DNA of 22,247 nucleotides from Terrimicrobiaceae bacterium. GTDB lineage: Bacteria; Verrucomicrobiota; Verrucomicrobiia; Chthoniobacterales; Terrimicrobiaceae. The stretch covers positions 1-22,247 of the forward strand of contig JBGSVZ010000013.1 in assembly GCA_041752695.1 (NCBI GenBank), read 5' to 3'. Positions 7,686-15,679 of the stretch are shown piece by piece (position 1 is the first letter of the stretch; each line of letters begins with the position of its first letter). Position numbers and translations under genes: made by a program. The notes beneath the pieces are model-generated. The model did no database searches. It was not told where the DNA came from and saw only the letters and a program-made list of their open reading frames with translations.

Positions 7686-7711
7686 CCGCCAAACCGTCGG
7701 CCCGGCATGAT
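7683..7711 (+). promoter_or_regulatory. Putative activator-dependent promoter of the cco operon
   Basis: Weak -35 TAGCCG (7683-7688) - N17 - -10 CATGAT (7706-7711). The -35 overlaps the second operator repeat. Confidence 0.45.
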
Positions 7712-7772
7712 TCCCCGAACATGTCCGCCCCATCTCCATCCCTCTTTTGTTCCCGGCGGGAATCGCCCTGAG

Positions 7773-7964
7773 ATGGACGTTCTTTACCTCACCATTTTTG
7801 TCAGTGTCGCCCTGGTCGTCGTCTTCGTGGGGGCCTTTCTCTACCACAGTCTGCGGGCCTCGGGCGACCCGCTGCGCGACAGCCTGCTTCCGTTTCGCAA
7901 AGACCAGATGAAATCCCCAACTGACGCGCCGGACGTGCCCCGCAAGACCAGAACCCATTCATGA
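7773..7964 (+). CDS. ccoS: cbb3-type cytochrome oxidase maturation protein CcoS, 63 aa
   Basis: MDVLYLTIFVSVALVVVFVGAFLY single TM followed by D....LLP. The stop overlaps the ccoN start (ATGA 7961-7964). Confidence 0.75.
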   Translation: MDVLYLTIFVSVALVVVFVGAFLYHSLRASGDPLRDSLLPFRKDQMKSPTDAPDVPRKTRTHS

Positions 7965-10315
7965 GTACAGCCACCCTCGACCACCGGCCCGACGCTCCGC
8001 GCGGGCACACCCGGATCGAAACCATCGAATACAATGACAAAGTGGTCCGCCAGTTCATGCTGGCCTCCATCTTCTGGGGCGTCGTGGCCATGCTGGCCGG
8101 CGTTTTCATTGCGAGCCAGCTTTCCTTCCATGTGCTGAATCTGGATCTCGCGTGGCTCACCTTCGGTCGCCTCCGGCCCCTGCACACCAATGCCGCCATC
8201 TTTGCCTTTGTCGGCAACATGATCTTTGCCGGCATCTACCACTCCACCCAGCGCCTGGTGCGGGCGCGACTGGCCTCGGATTTTCTTTCCGCCGTCCACT
8301 TCTGGGGCTGGCAACTTATTATTGCCGCGGCCGCCATCACCCTGCCGCTCGGGTTTTCCCGGGGTAAGGAATACGCGGAGCTGATCTGGCCGATCAATAT
8401 CGCTGTGACCCTCATCTGGGTGATCTTTGCCATCAACTTTTTCTGGACGCTCGCGCGCCGCAACGAACGGTCCCTCTACGTGGCCATCTGGTTTTACATC
8501 GCGACCATCATCACGGTGGCGATGCTTTACATTGTCAATCACCTCCAGCTTCCCACCAGCCTCACGCATGCCTATCCGATCTTTGGCGGTGTGCAGGATG
8601 CCCTGGTGCAATGGTGGTATGGCCACAACGCCGTGGCGTTCTTCCTGACGACGCCGGTGCTGGGCATCATGTATTATTATTTGCCCAAGGCGGCGGAACG
8701 CCCGGTGTATAGCTACCGGCTGTCGATTGTTCACTTCTGGTCGCTGGTCTTTATTTATATCTGGGCCGGTCCCCACCATCTGCTCAACACCGCTTTGCCC
8801 GAGTGGCTCCAGACGCTAGGCATGATCTTTAGTCTTATGCTCTGGGCACCGTCCTGGGGCGGCATGCTCAACGGCCTCCTCACCCTGCGCGGGGCCTGGA
8901 ACAAAGTCCGCACCGATCCCGTGCTGAAATTTTTTGCGGCGGGTGTGACGTTTTACGGCATGTCCACTTTTGAGGGGCCGCTGCTGGCCATTCGCTCCGT
9001 CAATTCCCTTTCGCATTACACCGACTGGACCATCGGCCACGTCCATAGCGGGACGCTTGGCTGGAACGGCTTCATGGCGGCCGGGATGTTTTATTGGATG
9101 GCGCCGCGGCTTTGGAATACAAAGTTGTATTCCACCCGGCTGGCTGATCTGCACTTCTGGATCGGGATGGTGGGCATCCTGCTCTACATCGCCTCGATGT
9201 GGGTATCGGGCATCACTCAGGGGCTGATGCAAAACGCCGTCACACCGCAAGGGGTACTGGCCTATCCGAACTTCATCGACTCTCTCATCGCTTCGAAGGG
9301 CATGTTGTACACTCGCGCATTTGGCGGGGCCCTGTATCTCGTTGGATTTCTCCTCCTCGCCTACAACATTGGACGGACCATCCTCTTTAAGAGTCCTGCT
9401 GTCGCGACGGTGGAGGTGGAGGTCAACGACGCCGAGCCGCGGGAGGCTCTCACCCTCTGGAAGTCCGTCACGAGCGCGCCCTTTCTTTATTCGTGCCTGA
9501 TCGTGGTCTTTGCCTTCATCTGGGGAATCGAGCGCGGAAAACTTGGCACTCTTGCCTTTGTGCTCCTGGTGGAGACCTGCATTATTGCCGCCCTGCACCT
9601 CAAACTTTCCGGTGCGAAGTGGAGCCAGTGGTATGAGGAACTTCTGCAAAGTTGGTTTCCCTTCACGGTTCTCACCTTTATCGCCGTGGTGGCGGGCGGG
9701 GTGATTCAACTCCTGCCCACCATCCTGATGGATCAGACTAAGGACGTCGCCGGGCCGATGCAGGTGGTTTATACTCCGCTGGAGCTGGCTGGCCGCGATC
9801 TCTACGTGCGTGAGGGGTGCTACAATTGTCATAGTCAGATGATCCGTCCGCTGGTCGGCGAAGTGCTGCGTTACGGAAAGAGCACGGCGTTGACGGAATC
9901 GATTTACGACCACCCGTTTCAGTGGGGCTCCAAACGCACGGGGCCCGACCTCCAGCGTGAGGGGGGGAAGTATCCTAATATGTGGCACTTCCAGCACATG
10001 TTGAACCCCCGTTCGACTTCGGTGGGAAGCATCATGCCGGCTTACCCCTGGCTCTTCACCCAAAAGTTCGATCCGGCCGTGATCCCCAATCGCATCGCCG
10101 TCCTGCGAACCCTCGGGGTGCCGTTTCCGCCGGCGACGGCTGAGGAAATCCAGAAAAACTATCTCGCGCAAGGCCAACTCATCGCCGACGACCTGGCCAA
10201 GAGCGGGGTGAAGATCCAGCCCGACAAGGAAATCATCGCCATCATCGCCTATCTGCAGCAACTCGGGCGGATTCCTCCACCTGCCGTGAATGCCGCCCAG
10301 GCCAACGTTCCCTAA
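7961..10315 (+). CDS. ccoN: cbb3-type cytochrome c oxidase, fused subunit I/II (CcoN-CcoO), 784 aa
   Basis: CcoN motifs GRLRPLHT, QWWYGHNAV, IYIWAGPHHL and WTIGHVH. CcoO motifs EGCYNCHSQMIRP, WGSKRTGPDL and SIMPAYPWL are in the same frame. Confidence 0.97.
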   Translation: MSTATLDHRPDAPRGHTRIETIEYNDKVVRQFMLASIFWGVVAMLAGVFIASQLSFHVLNLDLAWLTFGRLRPLHTNAAIFAFVGNMIFAGIYHSTQRLVRARLASDFLSAVHFWGWQLIIAAAAITLPLGFSRGKEYAELIWPINIAVTLIWVIFAINFFWTLARRNERSLYVAIWFYIATIITVAMLYIVNHLQLPTSLTHAYPIFGGVQDALVQWWYGHNAVAFFLTTPVLGIMYYYLPKAAERPVYSYRLSIVHFWSLVFIYIWAGPHHLLNTALPEWLQTLGMIFSLMLWAPSWGGMLNGLLTLRGAWNKVRTDPVLKFFAAGVTFYGMSTFEGPLLAIRSVNSLSHYTDWTIGHVHSGTLGWNGFMAAGMFYWMAPRLWNTKLYSTRLADLHFWIGMVGILLYIASMWVSGITQGLMQNAVTPQGVLAYPNFIDSLIASKGMLYTRAFGGALYLVGFLLLAYNIGRTILFKSPAVATVEVEVNDAEPREALTLWKSVTSAPFLYSCLIVVFAFIWGIERGKLGTLAFVLLVETCIIAALHLKLSGAKWSQWYEELLQSWFPFTVLTFIAVVAGGVIQLLPTILMDQTKDVAGPMQVVYTPLELAGRDLYVREGCYNCHSQMIRPLVGEVLRYGKSTALTESIYDHPFQWGSKRTGPDLQREGGKYPNMWHFQHMLNPRSTSVGSIMPAYPWLFTQKFDPAVIPNRIAVLRTLGVPFPPATAEEIQKNYLAQGQLIADDLAKSGVKIQPDKEIIAIIAYLQQLGRIPPPAVNAAQANVP

Positions 10316-10319
10316 GCTT

Positions 10320-10511
10320 ATGCCAAACTCCTTGAACTTCGGCAGTTGGACCGAGGCCATTGCGCTGATCGCCTTCCTGGTCAGCCTCGCGGTGTTTCTG
10401 GTCATTCTGCTGGGCATCACCCGCCTGCCTTCCGCCCGCCTGAAGCAACTCGAAGAATTCCCGCTGGAACAGGAAACCATCACATCTCATGAACATCCCA
10501 CGAAACGTTGA
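10320..10511 (+). CDS. ccoQ: cbb3 oxidase small subunit, CcoQ-like, 63 aa
   Basis: Single-TM peptide between ccoO and ccoP with a C-terminal L...PLE pattern. ATG at 10320. Confidence 0.65.
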   Translation: MPNSLNFGSWTEAIALIAFLVSLAVFLVILLGITRLPSARLKQLEEFPLEQETITSHEHPTKR

Positions 10512-11037
10512 GCCGGACGACGACCTCCTTCGTCCCCACACTTACGATGGCATCCAGGAATACGACAAACGTCTTCCGAACTGGTGGTTGTTCACGCTTT
10601 ATGCCGCCATCGTTTTTGCCGTGGCCTATTGGGGGTATTATGAATGGACCGGACACATGGTTCCGGCCGACCAGCGGGTGGCTGCGCAGATGGTGGAGAT
10701 TTCCAAGCGCGCCCTGAACAGCGGGGCCAGTCTCACGGACGAACAACTCTGGAAAATGAGTCAGGACCCCGTGGTCGTGGCCAGCGGGGAAAAAATTTAC
10801 ATCAGCAACTGTGTGGCCTGTCATGGCAATAACCTTCAGGGCGGCATCGGGGCGAATCTGGTGGACGCCACCTGGATCCACGGTGGGGAGCCGACGAAAG
10901 TTTTTGCCACGATTAATAAAGGGGTGACCGACAAAGGCATGCCGGTTTGGGGGCCGGTGCTGGGGCCGGAGCGGATTGCGGAAGTGGTCGCTTACATCAT
11001 GAATCATCATAAACAGGAGGAAAAGCCGCAGTCCTGA
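10489..11037 (+). CDS. ccoP: cbb3 oxidase subunit III CcoP, short monoheme form, 182 aa
   Basis: FixP N-terminal motif HTYDGIQEYDKRLPNWW, one TM helix, a single CVACH heme site, WIHGG, and the GMPVWG axial Met. Confidence 0.92.
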   Translation: MNIPRNVEPDDDLLRPHTYDGIQEYDKRLPNWWLFTLYAAIVFAVAYWGYYEWTGHMVPADQRVAAQMVEISKRALNSGASLTDEQLWKMSQDPVVVASGEKIYISNCVACHGNNLQGGIGANLVDATWIHGGEPTKVFATINKGVTDKGMPVWGPVLGPERIAEVVAYIMNHHKQEEKPQS

Positions 11038-11044
11038 CGGCCGC

Positions 11045-12424
11045 ATGAAGTTTAAGGCTCCAACGGTTGACTCGGTCACCACGATCAACGACGACGGGTC
11101 GCGTTATTTCATTCATCCCGCGGAGGTTCACGGATTTTTCACGCGCCTGCGCCGCTTTTCTGCGCCGCTCCTCATTGCGATTTACATTTTGCTGCCGGTG
11201 ATTCCCATCAACGGCGCGCCCGCGGTTTTTATCGATTTGGCCAACCGGCGGTTTCACCTGTTTGGGTTCACTCTGATCCCCCAGGACCTCTGGTTGTTGT
11301 TTTTTCTCATCACCGGGCTGGGCTTTTCCCTCTTTGTCATCACGGCCCTGTTTGGCCGCGTCTGGTGTGGCTGGGCCTGCCCGCAGACTGTTTTTCTCGA
11401 ACATGTTTTCCGCCGGATTGAATATTGGATTGACGGTGACGCCGTGGCCCGGCGCAAGCAGGACGGGGCGCCGCTGACGTCGAGCCTTCTGGCCAAACGC
11501 GTCCTGAAGCACGCCGCGTTCATCGCCGTCTCCGCGTTCATCGCGCATATCTTTGTTTCGTACTTTGTCTCCCTGCCCACGCTTTACGGAATGATCCATC
11601 ACAGCCCGCTGGCGAATTGGAGTGTCTTTCTTTTTGTCTTCGCGCTGTCGGGCATCATTTATTTCAACTTTGCCTGGTTTCGGGAGCAATTTTGCATCGT
11701 GCTCTGTCCCTACGGACGTTTGCAGTCCGTGTTGATCGACGAGAATTCCATCGTCATCGGCTACGACCAGAAGCGCGGTGAACCGCGGGGCAAGGCGGGG
11801 AGCACGGTGGGTGATTGTGTGGACTGCCGTCGCTGCGTGCAGGTCTGCCCCACAGGCATCGACATCCGCCAGGGCGTGCAGCTCGAATGTGTGTCCTGCG
11901 CAAGCTGCATCGATGCCTGCGATGAGATCATGACCAAACTTGGTCGGCCGACGGGGCTGGTGCGTTATGATTCACTCAATACCTTTGCCGGCAAACCCTC
12001 GCGGTTTTTGCGTCCCCGTCTGTTTTTGTACGCGATTCTTGCCGTGCTGGGAGCCGGGGTTTTTGCGGCGTCCGCGTGGCAGGTCCGGCCGGTGTCCATG
12101 ACCGTGCTGCGCATGCAGGGCGCGCCGTATTTCCGTGAGCAGGGCACGATCCGGAACAATTTCATGGTGCGGGTGGCGAATAAGCGATCGGAGGCCACCA
12201 CCTATCGATTGACCGTGGATGCCCCTGCCAAACACCTGCAAGTCGCGGGCGGGGACAGGGAGATTGTCCTCCAACCTGGCGAGGAAGTGCAGCATCCTTT
12301 GATTCTGTCGCTGCCGGATGAGGAGTATCAGGGCGCCTTTGACGTGAAGATTGAGGTCTCTTCGGAGGGGGAAAACTCCGAGGTGGAAAAGACCGTCACA
12401 TTCCTGGGGCCGTTTCGCGAATGA
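11045..12424 (+). CDS. ccoG: cbb3 oxidase accessory protein CcoG/FixG (membrane polyferredoxin, cupric reductase family)
   Basis: GRVWCGWACPQTVF, FCIVLCPYGRLQ, CVDCRRCVQVCPTGIDIR and CVSCASCIDAC motifs, plus a C-terminal Ig-like domain. Confidence 0.95.
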   Translation: MKFKAPTVDSVTTINDDGSRYFIHPAEVHGFFTRLRRFSAPLLIAIYILLPVIPINGAPAVFIDLANRRFHLFGFTLIPQDLWLLFFLITGLGFSLFVITALFGRVWCGWACPQTVFLEHVFRRIEYWIDGDAVARRKQDGAPLTSSLLAKRVLKHAAFIAVSAFIAHIFVSYFVSLPTLYGMIHHSPLANWSVFLFVFALSGIIYFNFAWFREQFCIVLCPYGRLQSVLIDENSIVIGYDQKRGEPRGKAGSTVGDCVDCRRCVQVCPTGIDIRQGVQLECVSCASCIDACDEIMTKLGRPTGLVRYDSLNTFAGKPSRFLRPRLFLYAILAVLGAGVFAASAWQVRPVSMTVLRMQGAPYFREQGTIRNNFMVRVANKRSEATTYRLTVDAPAKHLQVAGGDREIVLQPGEEVQHPLILSLPDEEYQGAFDVKIEVSSEGENSEVEKTVTFLGPFRE

Positions 12425-12603
12425 AGACGTGCTGGAACGCGCTCGTCAAGCGGCCGTGGCTGTTGGTCGTCCTGGCCTTTGTCATCCTCATCGGGGCGTG
12501 GACTTCGATCATTATGATTTCCGTGCGCCATCCTGCCGTGCGAATAAACGCGGCGGAGGAGCAGGCGCTGCTGCAAAACCACCAGCGGAGGGTCGGTCCG
12601 TGA
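12421..12603 (+). CDS. Small single-TM protein, 60 aa, in the ccoH/fixH position
   Basis: Coupled on both sides (ATGA 12421-12424, GTGA 12600-12603). TM segment KRPWLLVVLAFVILIGAWTSIIMISV. Confidence 0.75.
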   Translation: MKTCWNALVKRPWLLVVLAFVILIGAWTSIIMISVRHPAVRINAAEEQALLQNHQRRVGP

Positions 12604-13286
12604 ACGTCGGCGAAATGCAGGGACCGCTGGCCGCCCTGGCAGCGGGTGCCATCACCAGCCTGCATTGTGTGGGCATGTGCGGGCCGCTTTCCTGTGGAGT
12701 TTGTCTCCGGCAGGGCCAGGGGAAAACGCTGCCGGCGCTGTCCGTCTATCACGGGGCGAGGCTTCTTTTCTACGTGGCGCTGGGCGCGGCAGCGGGTGCC
12801 TTGGGCCGGTTCGCGGCGGGCGACTTGCTCCGTCCGCTCGCGGGATTTTTCCCCTGGGTCTTTTTGCTTTTTTTTGGGCTGGTGGCGCTTGGGTGGGACA
12901 AACGGGCCGGGCTGGCCCTTTATGGAATCCGTTTTTTTGCGCCGGTGCTGGATCGGGCGCGCAGGCTGGGTGCCATCCCCGGGGCCGCGGTGCTCGGCGC
13001 GGCGACCCCGTTTTTGCCCTGTGGTCCGCTCTACCTCATGGTGGGCGCGGCAATTCTTAGTGGATCGGGCGCTCAGGGTGCCATCCTGCTCGGAGCGTTT
13101 GCCATCGGGATCATGCCCTTTTATTTCGCCGCCCAGGCCGGATTGATCCGACTTGGTTCCGTCCTTTCGCCCACCGGGCTGGAGCACGCCCGGCGCGGTC
13201 TCGCGGTGGTGAGTATTGCCCTGCTGCTCGGACGGATGTTTTACCCCGCCGCCTTGGACAACACGGCGTGCCTGATGTGCAAATGA
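12600..13286 (+). CDS. DsbD_2 / TauE-SafE-like membrane protein of cbb3 clusters, 228 aa
   Basis: SLHCVGMCGPL, YHGARLLFY and LPCGPLY motifs. The GTG start overlaps the upstream stop. Confidence 0.88.
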   Translation: MNVGEMQGPLAALAAGAITSLHCVGMCGPLSCGVCLRQGQGKTLPALSVYHGARLLFYVALGAAAGALGRFAAGDLLRPLAGFFPWVFLLFFGLVALGWDKRAGLALYGIRFFAPVLDRARRLGAIPGAAVLGAATPFLPCGPLYLMVGAAILSGSGAQGAILLGAFAIGIMPFYFAAQAGLIRLGSVLSPTGLEHARRGLAVVSIALLLGRMFYPAALDNTACLMCK

Positions 13287-15679
13287 GCGCGACCACTTCG
13301 GAGCAACTTTGTTTGCATTGTCGCACGGTGTTTGAACCCACCGCGCACCGGGCCGATTTCTGCTGCGCCGGCTGCCAGTTCATCCACCGCATGCTGCACG
13401 ATCGCGGACTGGAGGAATTTTACCACTATGGGGACACGATTGCGCCGGCTCACCCCGACGTTTTTAAGGACGAGGATTTTTCCTGGCTGCGCGAATTGCA
13501 GGCCGGCGCGGAAGCGACCGGAAAGGATGGGGCCGATCTGACTTTGGAGGTGCAGGGGATTTCCTGTGCGGGCTGCGTCTGGTTGATGGAGCGGCTTTTC
13601 TGTGAACGCTCCGGGGCTTTGCAGTGTCAGGCGAATTCCGTCAGCGGCACCCTGCATCTTCGCTGGCTCGCGGGACAGGTTGATTTGGCCGACTATGCGG
13701 CCGAGATCCGGCGCTTTGGCTATTTCCTGGGTCCGCTCACCGTCGGCCAACGGCCGCGCGGCAATCGTTCGTTGATGCTAAGACTCGGCATCTGCGGGGC
13801 GCTGGCGATGAACGCGATGCTTTTTTCCCTGCCGCACTATTTGGGAATGGACCCGGGTGGACAATTCGCCGGACTTTTCGGCCTGATGGCGCTGGGCCTG
13901 GCCACTCTGAGCATGGCCGTGGGAGGGAGTTATTTTTTCCGAAGGTCTGTGGGGATTTTGCGCTCCGGCATCTTGAATATCGACCTGCCAATTTCGCTGG
14001 GGCTGATTTTTGCCTATGCGGGTTCGGTGGCGGCGTGGTGGCTGGGGCGGCCGTCTTTTGTCTATTTTGATTTCATCGCCATCTTCACCTTCCTGATGCT
14101 CACCGGCCGGTGGTTGCAGGAACGCGCGGTGGAATCCAATCGCTCCCGTCTGCTCCAACTCCGCGTGGACCTTGGAACGTTCCGGGTGAAAACCGCGGAC
14201 GGCGAATCCCGTCTTCCCGCGGCGTTGCTGGGGCGGGGCACTCTTTTCGAGGTGGACCGCGAGCAACTCATCCCTGTGCGGTCGCGCTTGCTGGCCGGCG
14301 AGGCGCTGATCGGCCTGAGCTGGATCACCGGCGAACCGCATCCCAAACAAGTGCTCGGCGGGGACCTGATTCCCTCGGGAGCGACGAATTTTTCTCCGGC
14401 CCCCCTGCGTGTTGAAGCGCTGGAAAGCTGGCCCGAGTCCCAGCTCGCCAGTCTGTTGCAGGTGGAGGCCAGCCACCAATGGCGGAACGAATTCCTGCAG
14501 CGAGTGATGCGTTCCTACCTGGTGGTGGTGCTGGTCGTGGCCGGGCTGGGATTTGCCGGCTGGAGCGCCGCCTCCGGCGACTGGGTGCTTGCTGCGCAAG
14601 TGCTCATTTCGGTGCTGGTCGTTTCCTGTCCGTGCTCCGTGGGCATCGCCCTTCCTTTGCTGGACGATCTTTCCGCCGCAGCGCTGCAGCATGAGGGGAT
14701 TTACGTGAAGGAAGGCACGCTCTGGGCGCGGCTGCAAAAGGTGAGGCATCTTCTTTTCGACAAGACGGGGACCATCACTCTGGAAAACCTCGCGCTCGAG
14801 CGACCGGCGGACCTTGTGGCGTTGCCTGCGCAGGAAAAATCGATTCTCCTCGCCCTTGTCCGGGAGAGCCTTCATCCGGTGTCCGCCTGTCTCCGGGAAA
14901 CGCTGCTCGCCGATGGGGTCGTGCCCCTCGCCGGTGCGGGTGCACCGGTGGAAACGGTCGGCATGGGTTTGGAATGGTCGGTCGGCGGGACGGTCTGGCG
15001 GCTGGGACGGAAATCGTGGGCGCTGGGTCGCGAACTCGCGCCGGGTGATGGCGGGACGGTCTTTTCGAAAAATGGCGCGTTACGGGCCGCGATGAGTTTC
15101 CGTGAACAAATTCGTCCCCACGCCCTCCGTCAGGTCCGCCGGATGCGGGAGCGCGGGGTCGACGTTCACCTTCTTTCGGGCGACCAGCCGGAGCGCGTCG
15201 GGGTGATGGCCACCAGCCTGGGTCTGCCGGAGGAATGTGCCCACGGAGGATTGACGCCGGAAGGCAAGGCCGCCCTGATTCGCAGCCGCTGGGCGGATGA
15301 CGCCCTGATGATTGGGGATGGGGCGAATGACAGCCTCGCTTTCGACGCGGCGCTTTGCCGGGGCACCCCCGCCGTCACTACGGGCCTGCTGGAACAGAAG
15401 GCGGACTTTTACATCCTGGGTCAGAGTCTGGCCGGAATCGAGGCCCTCTTTGAGACCGCGCAGAAACATCGTGCGATTACGCGCCGGGTATTCGCGTTTG
15501 CCATTAGCTACAATGTCGTCGCCATCGTCTGTTCCCTGGCCGGCCTGATGAATCCGCTGATTGCCGCGATCATCATGCCCCTGAGTTCGATTGTTTCCCT
15601 CCTCATCGTTTTGCACGGATTTCGCCCCACCACCACCAACCCGCTGCCTGTCGCACAACCTGCTTATGTTAACGCCTGA
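13283..15679 (+). CDS. ccoI: Copper-translocating P1B-type ATPase CcoI/FixI, 798 aa
   Basis: N-terminal CLHC...FCCAGC, HMA ISCAGC, TGE, CPC, DKTGT, HP, SGD, GDGAND, and YN and MPLSS in the last TM helices. The ATG overlaps the upstream stop. Confidence 0.92.
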   Translation: MSATTSEQLCLHCRTVFEPTAHRADFCCAGCQFIHRMLHDRGLEEFYHYGDTIAPAHPDVFKDEDFSWLRELQAGAEATGKDGADLTLEVQGISCAGCVWLMERLFCERSGALQCQANSVSGTLHLRWLAGQVDLADYAAEIRRFGYFLGPLTVGQRPRGNRSLMLRLGICGALAMNAMLFSLPHYLGMDPGGQFAGLFGLMALGLATLSMAVGGSYFFRRSVGILRSGILNIDLPISLGLIFAYAGSVAAWWLGRPSFVYFDFIAIFTFLMLTGRWLQERAVESNRSRLLQLRVDLGTFRVKTADGESRLPAALLGRGTLFEVDREQLIPVRSRLLAGEALIGLSWITGEPHPKQVLGGDLIPSGATNFSPAPLRVEALESWPESQLASLLQVEASHQWRNEFLQRVMRSYLVVVLVVAGLGFAGWSAASGDWVLAAQVLISVLVVSCPCSVGIALPLLDDLSAAALQHEGIYVKEGTLWARLQKVRHLLFDKTGTITLENLALERPADLVALPAQEKSILLALVRESLHPVSACLRETLLADGVVPLAGAGAPVETVGMGLEWSVGGTVWRLGRKSWALGRELAPGDGGTVFSKNGALRAAMSFREQIRPHALRQVRRMRERGVDVHLLSGDQPERVGVMATSLGLPEECAHGGLTPEGKAALIRSRWADDALMIGDGANDSLAFDAALCRGTPAVTTGLLEQKADFYILGQSLAGIEALFETAQKHRAITRRVFAFAISYNVVAIVCSLAGLMNPLIAAIIMPLSSIVSLLIVLHGFRPTTTNPLPVAQPAYVNA

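Noticed and set aside
7593..7772. FNR/FixK box upstream of the cco operon
   Set aside because: No TTGAT-N4-ATCAA or close match was found by eye.
8816..10483. 555-aa minus-strand ORF
   Set aside because: Antisense shadow of ccoNO/ccoQ.
12351..12599. N-terminal extension of the DsbD_2-like ORF
   Set aside because: It overlaps ccoG and the 60-aa gene. GTG 12600 gives normal length and coupling.
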